Shown here in pieces: positions 57,501 through 64,000 of a DNA stretch of 64,000 nucleotides (positions are counted from its first letter, which is position 1; every line of letters starts with the position of its first letter). The translations under genes were made by a program, and so were the position numbers. The stretch comes from a virus (lineage: Duplodnaviria; Caudoviricetes). Below the pieces are notes generated by a model. That model worked only from the letters and a program-made list of their open reading frames with translations. It searched no databases and was not told the DNA's origin. Where the stretch lies: positions 2,543-66,542 of IMG/VR virus record IMGVR_UViG_3300033066_002365; one strand, 5' to 3'.

Positions 57501-57595
57501 GCATATGGCGTTCCGGTTGGAGCTACAACCTTTTGAGAAAGGTCAATTTCACGATCGTAGTATCCTGGTGACTGATTTATTGTTTGTTGTGACAT
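54527..57595 (-). CDS. Contractile tail sheath protein 2 (T4 gp18-like, 1022 aa)
   Basis: SPGYYDREID, GRAFTP, YPWWAPAG.NR, INVKRMV, PTRSVEFIFIDF. Confidence 0.93.
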   Translation of the reverse strand: MSQQTINQSPGYYDREIDLSQKVVAPTGTPYAIVGSSTKGRAFTPMTVGSYSDLVALFGEANQKNPSLFAAKEVLQNGRAVTFTRVLGAGASQNSTEIEATRTAGIVKNAGMKVIGSVVGNGDNRHKGYVQFLAAKHIVSSSEAVGFPMFSDNSSFALPSDAARLVRAALFTAYDSRFMVMDTNETFAPSIDDAATIDNTPANPTYRNFKLVLSTSAGSTFAKTDGFAGIKIFTASFNPSDNSYIGKILNTDPTRFEAEKHLLYLDFAVDAELASVASGSGNNGSVMILSGSDLQSANSGLIIGMREAFGRFDTRFTTAKTPSFISQPFGSTEHDLFSVEALDDGFAGSGKFKISIGSLKLSSDPKNPFGTFSLIVRDINDTDFDQKILEQFNGLSINPESENYIAKVIGDKKVFYNFDVENEDDKRLIQVGQFGNKSKFIRISVSDAVKRKNVPPQSLPFGFRGVPVINTNSSLTDTGNVALSARLAGSGSASVVSSSIVPPLPFRFKITRGAVSDSPTFSGDPGSSEIVDHRLFWGVKFERNTNVTNPNIVSLPNPIVEAYSKFQGIEKLDVLVSGSFCDQFNNNKFTLAKISFDPAYSSVGDLLNVSSETVMKGAAYIRNGTPESQNYTVLDGSSTRVTLASVVNFKNYSDTDVISLFNKFADFTKFTTLMYGGWDGTNIFETNQLNDVATSTESSATRNGGASNSYTSPGATINYSGISNANASVQSFKTAADIATDPRITNANVFAFPGIREPLVVDYVADLVKNKNQLAFFVSEAPAYDDNATRIFDSETTTIDAENTAFTFTARNIDNDATGFYFPNVVMEDSNRKRVTLPASVPALTALSYTDKVSYPWWAPAGLNRASLDSVKLTQVRLNQPDQNLLNEARINPIIKLPGEGYVIFSQRTAKLGRSALETINVKRMVLEVKSMVVAAAQNIVFENITQDLYDLLNSNIKSLMASVQVKQGIERFNVVCDGTNNTENDVNANRINGRIEFKPTRSVEFIFIDFFVTPSGVSFGS

Positions 57596-57658
57596 TATCT
57601 TGATCTACCTTTTAAAAAATTTGAGTTAAACATAATTAGCCGCTCTCATTTCTGAATG

Positions 57659-58918
57659 CTAATTTCTTTTGTCTTTCAGAGACAACACAAAAGAATCAAG
57701 ACTGTTAAATTTGGGCGTTGAATAAACAGATTCACCAAATTTTCCTGTTGTTTCTCTGGATGAAAATGGAACGTATTTTTCTATAGTTTTTCCTGTTGTG
57801 TTGTCTTTTTCTTGTTTTAGTTCTGCGTAGTTTTCATCTGTTGTTCTAACTTGTTCTTCGGATTCGTTTGTCTGTATTTCAGAAAGAAGAAACTTAGAAT
57901 CTGTCTCATCAACCACTCTGTTCAAATTTTTTCTTGCTTGAATATCACTTCCTTTTGAAGAAACGATATCAAATGCTATTTTTGGAGAAGAAACATAGCG
58001 AGTAAATGGCGATGGTTGACCAGGAAGGTTTGATGCTGCAAAAAAATATGCCTGAACTGTTAGAGGAAAAGAATATCTGACAATTCTTTTGTCTTCTGTC
58101 CAGTCATCTTCATTTCCATCATTGGTTATTTCTTCTCCAACATCAGCTAAAAACCAATAACCTTTTGTTGTGGTAATTTTAAGTCCTCTTCTTTGTGGAA
58201 GAAAAGAGTTGAACAACGTTTCAATCATATAGTTCATGTGTTGATGATGAATTGTCCAAAACACAACTTCATAGCTTGCAGTGTAAAATTGTGGAGAAGG
58301 AACAGAAATCACTTCAAAAATGTTGTTTCCAAGAGAATCTTCCAAGACAACATTGTATTTGTTTGTAATGTTATCTTCTTGAGACAATGAAGAGTTGCTG
58401 TCTTGTGAGTTTTTGGTGTTTTTTAATCTTTGTTTGTTAAGCCAAGTTTGGTAGAATGGATCTTGTGCATCAATTCTTCTTTTGATAACGATTGGTCCAG
58501 CATTTTGACTGATGCCTCTTCCGTTTATATCTTCATCTGTTTGTTGTAGTCCTGTTCTTCTAATTGAAATGGCGGGAAGAATAAGAGCGCCATTTTTATC
58601 TCTAATTGGTCTTAATCTTTTTACGTTGGCAAATCTTTCACCAGCAGCAAATACAACAACAGGTTTTGTAATGGAAAGATCTCCTTGTTTTGTTTGTATT
58701 TGTTTTGTGTTAAAGCCAAGTTCGTCTTTGAAAAGATTAAAAACACCAACATCAACATCTTCAAGTCCGCACGATGCAACAGGCAATCCTTGATTGTTTA
58801 TTGTTGGATCATAGACATTATCTGAATCAAAACTTGTGTCAAAGCCTTGTTTTAAATCAGTTGGTTGATTGTTTTGGAGTTCTTGTGGAATGTTGGTTCT
58901 TGTGGTCACGACAACCAT
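57659..58918 (-). CDS. Tail completion/sheath stabiliser (gp15-like)
   Basis: Position between neck and sheath genes; LILPAISIRRT and PSPQFYTASYEVVFW....MNYMIE. Confidence 0.6.
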   Translation of the reverse strand: MVVVTTRTNIPQELQNNQPTDLKQGFDTSFDSDNVYDPTINNQGLPVASCGLEDVDVGVFNLFKDELGFNTKQIQTKQGDLSITKPVVVFAAGERFANVKRLRPIRDKNGALILPAISIRRTGLQQTDEDINGRGISQNAGPIVIKRRIDAQDPFYQTWLNKQRLKNTKNSQDSNSSLSQEDNITNKYNVVLEDSLGNNIFEVISVPSPQFYTASYEVVFWTIHHQHMNYMIETLFNSFLPQRRGLKITTTKGYWFLADVGEEITNDGNEDDWTEDKRIVRYSFPLTVQAYFFAASNLPGQPSPFTRYVSSPKIAFDIVSSKGSDIQARKNLNRVVDETDSKFLLSEIQTNESEEQVRTTDENYAELKQEKDNTTGKTIEKYVPFSSRETTGKFGESVYSTPKFNSLDSFVLSLKDKRN

Positions 58919-58933
58919 AAGAACAACTGTGAG

Positions 58934-59806
58934 CTAGGTTTTGTTGAAACAATCTAAGATTTTCTTAAAAGAATTTGCAAATTCTTTGTTGTTCGCCATG
59001 CTCTGAACGTATCCTGAACCCACAGAGAGTAAAGTGCAAATTATTTTAAACAGTCTCCAACACATGACAAGTCTGTGAAAAAGACCGAGAGTCACAGAGC
59101 GCGCTTGGTCCTTGTCACTGGTGAATTCTTGTTCAGAAAAAAAGTATTTTGTTGGTTGAAAGCCGCCTTCATTCCACATGAAAGTGTAAATCTTAAAGGA
59201 TACATCATCTGATGGTTGCCATTCATTGTATGATTCGCCAGAATTAATTTTGTTTATCAACTGTTGTAGTTGTTCAACGGATTCATTGTACTGTTTTTGT
59301 TGAACTGAAATTGTTTTTCCAACCTCAGATAAAACCTTTAGAACAACAGGAACAGAACTTTTAAATAAACCAAGAACAAAACTTGCAGTTGTTGTTATTG
59401 TAATGTTCTCTGTGTAAAGTTTGTTGTTTTTTAGAGTTGTAACCAAAGACTGTTGTGAGTATGTCTGATACTCAGGCAAAACACTGTTTTTTATCTTTGA
59501 AGTTAGCTCCATTAACTCTTGAAAAGAAGGAGTAGTGCTTAAACCACTTTCAATAATCAAGTCTTTAAATCTGCTTCCAAGAACATCCAAACTTGTTGTT
59601 GAAGAAGAGAACTGTTGATGAAGATGATTTGTTCTGTTTAAAATTCCTGTAACTTGTAGTTCTGTAGTTGGTTCTACAGAGGCATTCATGTAAGAACGAA
59701 CAAAGTTAAGAACTCCAAAATCACCGTTTTCAGCAATTTCTTCTTTCAAAACTTGATCAACCAAATTTTCAAGTATTTGTTCTTTCTTTTTGTTTGCTCT
59801 TGTCAT
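58934..59806 (-). CDS. Hypothetical helical protein with L-x-E N-terminus
   Basis: QILENLVDQVLKEE. Confidence 0.6.
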   Translation of the reverse strand: MTRANKKKEQILENLVDQVLKEEIAENGDFGVLNFVRSYMNASVEPTTELQVTGILNRTNHLHQQFSSSTTSLDVLGSRFKDLIIESGLSTTPSFQELMELTSKIKNSVLPEYQTYSQQSLVTTLKNNKLYTENITITTTASFVLGLFKSSVPVVLKVLSEVGKTISVQQKQYNESVEQLQQLINKINSGESYNEWQPSDDVSFKIYTFMWNEGGFQPTKYFFSEQEFTSDKDQARSVTLGLFHRLVMCWRLFKIICTLLSVGSGYVQSMANNKEFANSFKKILDCFNKT

Positions 59807-60504
59807 TATTGTTGTGGTTTTAAATAGCCAGTATTAACATCATAGTTTTTATTATAAGCTGCTGTTGATAAACCACTGTCAAGCCAAACAATATTCCCAT
59901 CCGGGGTCAGTCCCCAATGATCAACCTTTAACATGTCTGTTAAAAATGGTGATTCTTCTGTTTCTGTTTTAAGAATCTTAACAATTTCTATCAACTGATT
60001 CCAGTTCAAAAAAGCTTTGTATTCTGGATTGGAATTTTTTAGTTTGTTCAAGGTTTCAATAGATTTGTAAGGGTTTGGAACCAAAAGAAAATTCTTTAAC
60101 ATTTTGAATGCAAAGCCTGTCTTTTCTTTGAATTCTTCTTCTGATTTTAGTTCTCTTACAAGTTCTGCAATTAACCAATCTCCATCAGGATGTGCTGCAA
60201 AAACTTTCGTAACAAGTCCTGGAAATAGTTTTGCATTTTTTGCCTCTTCTTGATTTTGTTCTTTTCCGGCTGAAATGCCAGGAATAGGTAATTTTAAAAC
60301 TTTCTTTGAACTCATTGCCCAAGCTAGCCTTGATGAACCTTGTCCAAGAAACATCAAAGTATCATCAGCATAACTTAGTTGTGCATATCCGGGTTCAATT
60401 GTTTTAAATGCTTGAAAGTCAAAATGTTTTCCAATTTTTTCAAAGATGAAGTTTTCAAGAAGTGACATGTTATTACTTTTGTAAGTAGAATTTAATTTAG
60501 TCAT
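59806..60504 (-). CDS. Protein-kinase-fold protein
   Basis: FLGQGSSRLAW (Gly loop), KVLK (Lys), QNQEE (helix C Glu), TDMLKVDHWG (variant catalytic loop), IVWLDSG (DFG-like). Confidence 0.6.
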   Translation of the reverse strand: MTKLNSTYKSNNMSLLENFIFEKIGKHFDFQAFKTIEPGYAQLSYADDTLMFLGQGSSRLAWAMSSKKVLKLPIPGISAGKEQNQEEAKNAKLFPGLVTKVFAAHPDGDWLIAELVRELKSEEEFKEKTGFAFKMLKNFLLVPNPYKSIETLNKLKNSNPEYKAFLNWNQLIEIVKILKTETEESPFLTDMLKVDHWGLTPDGNIVWLDSGLSTAAYNKNYDVNTGYLKPQQ

Positions 60505-61189
60505 CGTACAAGAATCCTGTTGTCAAGCCTTTGTCTGGATCTGGTTTGATCTTTGCCGGTTTTTCTCCAAGAACATTTGGTGTAACATCATCTCCCATTC
60601 TTTCTCTTACATGACGAATATCACCAGTTTCATTTCCCTGGCTATCTTCTGGATTTCCTCTTTGTTGCTCAAATTCAGACTGAACGAAGTCGCCTTTGTT
60701 TGACAAGTTTCCATCAACATCTTTTGATGGACGGAAAAAGTCTTTTGGATTAAATTCACCTGGACGGGCAAGTTTTCCAATCAACTTAAAAGCGGAGTCA
60801 TACTCTTCTTGCCCATAAATGTTGTTCAAGTTAACAAAAGAAACAATTTCATATGACGCATCTCCATACGTAAAATAATCTCCTTCGTTCGGACTGATGT
60901 GTTTGTCAATAAGATCTCTTGCTTGTACCAATATTTCTATTGTGGCAGTTTGTTCTTTTCCAAAGATATCCATCTTTGATTCCCACGCTGGCTGTCCAGC
61001 GATCACGTCAAGCATGATGGGTTTTTCAAATATTTTTGATAGTGATTCACCATACACTTCATGAACCTTAGATTTCATCACAGAAATGGCATAGTAATAT
61101 ATCTTCTGTCCTACAACGTCCTTGACAAGTTCTTTCACTACGTCATTCATGAAATCAATATCTTTTGGAGAAACAAATAACCTAGCCAT
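60497..61189 (-). CDS. Neck/head-closure protein (gp14-like)
   Basis: ELVKDVVGQKIYYY, VYGES, PNEGDYF.Y; lies directly after the gp13-like gene. Confidence 0.65.
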   Translation of the reverse strand: MARLFVSPKDIDFMNDVVKELVKDVVGQKIYYYAISVMKSKVHEVYGESLSKIFEKPIMLDVIAGQPAWESKMDIFGKEQTATIEILVQARDLIDKHISPNEGDYFTYGDASYEIVSFVNLNNIYGQEEYDSAFKLIGKLARPGEFNPKDFFRPSKDVDGNLSNKGDFVQSEFEQQRGNPEDSQGNETGDIRHVRERMGDDVTPNVLGEKPAKIKPDPDKGLTTGFLYDD

Positions 61190-61195
61190 TGTTTA

Positions 61196-62476
61196 TTACC
61201 CCATTAAGAAGACGCCTTTGGGAGGAATTGGAACCATCCCAAGAACTTTTGCCATCTGTTCTGCTCTGTTTGCTTCTTGCTCGGCAAGTTTGTCATAAGT
61301 TAAACTTTCAAGCTTTTCTTTCAAGCCTGTCATGAGTTTTTCTTTATCTTCTCTTGCTTGTTGAACCAAGTCATCACCATTCATAGTAACATCACGATCA
61401 CCGGCTGGAATGTTTTTAAACTTTCCTCTAATGCTGCCAAGAAGTTCTTTTGACAAAGCAAGAGTATATTGTGCAATCCAATTCCTTGCCCAAGGGTTTA
61501 GAGAGCTATACTGCATTGTTCCAAATGGAATGTTCGCGGGATTTGAAGCTCCGTAAATTGAGTCATCTGCAAAAGTTCCAGGAGCAGCATGTCCTGGCGT
61601 TATGTTTGTTGTTCCAGAAACCAACAAAGTGTCTGCCAAAGTTGGCAAAGCAGTCTGTTTGTAACCAATTCTCATCCAAAGCTTGTCATTTACTCCTGGA
61701 ACAATGTTTGTTGGAATTGGTAAAATTCTTATGTTCTTGCCAGAAATCTTATAAGAATAATGACTTCTTCTTACTTTCTGAGACATTTTAAGTTCCCCAC
61801 CACGAAGAACATCCTCAAACACAGGAAGAACTTGATAGTAACCACTGGCGCCCGCAGCAGCCGAAGCACCCAGGCCAACAAGTTCAGAATTTAACATTCC
61901 TGCTGTAACTTGAGCAGAGAAGAGATAGTTGATTGGACTGACTTGAAACACGTCATAGATTTGCATCTTTCCAACGGAACCACTTGGCTGTAAGTTAAAC
62001 AAAGGAATTCCTTGATCGTTTACAAGCTCTGTATAGATATTGTAATCTTGTCTACCTTGAGTGATTGTAATTGAACCAGAATAACTGTCCTGTATTCCTC
62101 CAACTCCAATATACCCAGCATATACTTCACTCATTCTGTCCATGAAGTCAAGAGACTGTCTCACGTACATGTTGGTAAGATTTATGTTGTTTGGACTAAG
62201 GGGATTGTTTGCGTTGAAGCTGCCTGTTGGCATACCAAGAAGAGAAGCCAAATTACTCTTTGCCTGGTATTCAATAATTAAACCTTGAAACTCTCTGGTT
62301 GAACTCTCAAAGAAGTTCCAGATGATTTTCTTGTTTGGAAGCTCAACACCAAGAACGTCTTCACCAAGAGAGCGAAGAACAAAAGTGATCATTCTCTCTG
62401 CATCCCACTGGAATAATGGATCAGAATCCCAGAAACCAAAGCTGGTTGGATTTTTTGTTTCAAGAAAAGAAGCCAT
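61196..62476 (-). CDS. Neck/head-tail adaptor protein (gp13-like)
   Basis: LG..VLGVEL, GRQDYNI, WIAQYTLALSKELLG.IRGKF..IP, MNG..L. Confidence 0.75.
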   Translation of the reverse strand: MASFLETKNPTSFGFWDSDPLFQWDAERMITFVLRSLGEDVLGVELPNKKIIWNFFESSTREFQGLIIEYQAKSNLASLLGMPTGSFNANNPLSPNNINLTNMYVRQSLDFMDRMSEVYAGYIGVGGIQDSYSGSITITQGRQDYNIYTELVNDQGIPLFNLQPSGSVGKMQIYDVFQVSPINYLFSAQVTAGMLNSELVGLGASAAAGASGYYQVLPVFEDVLRGGELKMSQKVRRSHYSYKISGKNIRILPIPTNIVPGVNDKLWMRIGYKQTALPTLADTLLVSGTTNITPGHAAPGTFADDSIYGASNPANIPFGTMQYSSLNPWARNWIAQYTLALSKELLGSIRGKFKNIPAGDRDVTMNGDDLVQQAREDKEKLMTGLKEKLESLTYDKLAEQEANRAEQMAKVLGMVPIPPKGVFLMG

Positions 62477-62508
62477 GTGTTATATGCTTCTTAAATACGG
62501 ACAGTAAT

Positions 62509-62787
62509 TTATTCTAGTGTGTTTTCTTGATGATGAGCTCTTTTTTGTTCGCGTTCCTCTGGACTTAAAGTAAGTTCATCTTCTATAGATTCGTCGCGGT
62601 TCACAGATCCTTCTTCATTTCCTTGAAGCATTTTTTCTCTAACTGGATTATGTCGTGTATAGCTGGTAAACAAGTGATCTGCTCCCATGCCAAGATGAGT
62701 CATGTCTGGTCCGTTTGTCATGCTTTGTTCCTGATCACCGACCATCATAAATTCTTTAACAAGCCACTCAGTTAGTTTTATAGTCAT
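62509..62787 (-). CDS. Hypothetical protein
   Basis: 92-aa ORF beginning IKLTEWLVKE. Confidence 0.55.
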   Translation of the reverse strand: MTIKLTEWLVKEFMMVGDQEQSMTNGPDMTHLGMGADHLFTSYTRHNPVREKMLQGNEEGSVNRDESIEDELTLSPEEREQKRAHHQENTLE

Positions 62788-62865
62788 GTTATTAATATAT
62801 AGAATTCTTCAATGAAGAAATATAGTTACAATAGACTTATACAATTAAGGAAAGATCAATAACAC

Positions 62866-63333
62866 ATGGCAATCGGAACAAGAATTGGCGATCAAGGCCC
62901 AGTAAGCACTGCAACAGGTGCCGGATTTCAAGTAGCAAGAAACACAGAAAACTCAGGATTCTTACCATACAAGGTAGATGACACCCTAAAGTTTATTTCT
63001 AACTTTACAATGTCAGCAGGAGACATGGGTCTTGTAACCCTGTCTGGCTCTGCAACAGCTTTAACAGGAACTTTGCCAGTAGCGGCAGCTTGCCCAGGTG
63101 CAATGTTTAGTGTTAAAAATCTAAATGCTGTATTGGGTCATCAACTAACAAGTTCACAAGACGCTTCAGGATATCCAATTACAGACGGTTACACAAAAGG
63201 TTCAAAACTTTCAATGTCTCCAACTGGATCTGTTGTCATGTTTTGTGACGGAACAAACTTCATGATCATTGGTGGAACATCAGGATCATTTGCTGCTGGC
63301 GCTGCCGGTAGTTGGTACACAATCTCAAGATAA
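62866..63333 (+). CDS. Probable virion decoration/fibre-type beta protein
   Basis: TGTLP.AA..PG..F.VKN and SVVMFCDGTNF pattern; TAGTTA and AAGGA upstream. Confidence 0.5.
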   Translation: MAIGTRIGDQGPVSTATGAGFQVARNTENSGFLPYKVDDTLKFISNFTMSAGDMGLVTLSGSATALTGTLPVAAACPGAMFSVKNLNAVLGHQLTSSQDASGYPITDGYTKGSKLSMSPTGSVVMFCDGTNFMIIGGTSGSFAAGAAGSWYTISR

Positions 63334-63390
63334 TCCCTCCAATAAACTCATATTTTTCACTGTAAAATTTTAGAGAAGAACAGTGAAAAT

Positions 63391-63714
63391 ATGAGAAAAC
63401 AACAATCAAAAAATTCCCTCTTAACAAGAATCGTAAAAAGACTCGGATCCATGCTTTCTCCTTTCAAGAGAAATGAACATGATCCAATTGATCCTGACGA
63501 AGCAATGGAAATCTTAGATGATGTTTGTGGGTATTTCATACCGGAAAAGTATGAACTAGAAATTCACGAAGATGAAAACGAAGACAATTTCTTGATTGTC
63601 AGAGCATTGGGTCAAGCGTATGCCTGGAATCTCTCAGAACCGGACTTGGACGAAACTTTACTTTACTTGGACGCCCATTCCTTCTGTGCTTGGGTAATTC
63701 GTCAAGAGAAGTAA
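63391..63714 (+). CDS. Acidic hypothetical protein
   Basis: 107-aa ORF followed by a terminator. Confidence 0.6.
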   Translation: MRKQQSKNSLLTRIVKRLGSMLSPFKRNEHDPIDPDEAMEILDDVCGYFIPEKYELEIHEDENEDNFLIVRALGQAYAWNLSEPDLDETLLYLDAHSFCAWVIRQEK

Positions 63715-63741
63715 CAAGCAACAACAAATCAATAAAATGTT

Positions 63742-63773
63742 AAAAGCCGGGAAATTCAATCCCGGCTTTTTTA
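63742..63773. terminator. Bidirectional intrinsic terminator
   Basis: AAAAGCCGGG-N9-CCCGGCTTTT between convergent genes. Confidence 0.85.
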
Positions 63774-63775
63774 AT

Positions 63776-63958
63776 TTAAACACTCAAAAACACTATCATT
63801 TTTGAAATCATCCAACCTATAAAACTTTTTTCCACACAAGAATTTTTTTCGTTTAGAAAAAATATAATTTCTTCTGCTCCTATCGTTGTTGTGTGCCAAT
63901 AATTTTCTGGCGTTTTGTACCGCGCCCAAAATGCTCTTTTTGATCTATAAATTTTCAT
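63776..63958 (-). CDS. Small hypothetical protein
   Basis: MKIYRSKRAFW...; ATG at 63958 overlaps the TAG of an upstream truncated frame. Confidence 0.45.
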   Translation of the reverse strand: MKIYRSKRAFWARYKTPENYWHTTTIGAEEIIFFLNEKNSCVEKSFIGWMISKMIVFLSV

Positions 63959-64000
63959 TTTTAACAAACCATTTGTCAAACTGATCTGATGATATTAAAA

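Larger units (their letters stand above)
1..64000. mobile_element. Segment of a T4-like jumbo myophage genome
   Basis: Terminase, gp20-like portal, gp21-like protease, gp23-like capsid, neck proteins, tail tube and sheaths, endolysins and primase are all present. No ribosomal or core cellular genes, and no integrase or att site seen. Confidence 0.96.

Noticed and set aside
21154-57595. Inteins or group I introns in the terminase, SbcDC, capsid or sheath genes
   Set aside because: No C...HN splice-junction pattern or LAGLIDADG insert, and no interrupted frames; the extra length is explained by coiled coil or surface domains.
404-63539. Numerous short antisense or off-frame ORFs in the six-frame track (e.g. 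9024-9413, 38874-39323, 56451-56867, 49648-49875)
   Set aside because: They lie opposite or inside well-supported genes, show shadow-ORF composition and have no motifs.
1-64000. Cellular chromosome or contractile injection system (eCIS/T6SS)
   Set aside because: GroEL, PhoH and GTs look bacterial, but terminase, portal, protease and capsid genes are present and core cellular genes are absent, so this is a tailed phage.
1-64000. Stop-codon reassignment (code 15 or 4)
   Set aside because: Long conserved genes are intact in the standard code, and TAA, TAG (MCP) and TGA all terminate genes at sensible positions.

Overview
The whole window is a segment of a large, AT-rich, T4-like (myovirus-type) jumbo phage genome in the standard genetic code (GC roughly one-third by eye, not computed). 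It is not cellular DNA. It carries a head module (terminase large subunit, gp20-like portal, gp21-like prohead protease, scaffold, enlarged gp23-like major capsid protein) and a neck/tail module (gp13/14/15-like proteins, tail tube, two tandem ~1000-aa tail sheaths). It also has two endolysins, DNA metabolism genes (primase, RuvC-like resolvase, a single-ORF SbcD-SbcC/Mre11-Rad50 fusion, gp4/TnsA-like and Cas4-like nucleases, a GIY-YIG homing endonuclease), a glycosyltransferase/epimerase operon, PIN-PhoH and Hc1-like and DsbA/GapR-like DNA-binding proteins. Most interesting: (1) an intact GroEL plus a second, colinear GroEL paralog that has lost its ATP-site motifs, with no GroES in the window; (2) a set of probable head-packaged cargo proteins marked by L/I-x-E prohead-protease motifs, including an ADP-ribosyltransferase-fold domain and a kinase-fold protein; (3) an unexplained element made of a near-palindrome TAAACTGCACTTTA plus a C-rich, G-poor tract, found four times just past stop codons; (4) a pervasive x-[S/T]-[G/A/S]-[S/T] motif in surface virion proteins that may be the substrate of the phage glycosyltransferases. 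All family calls come from motif recognition by eye; no database search was run.
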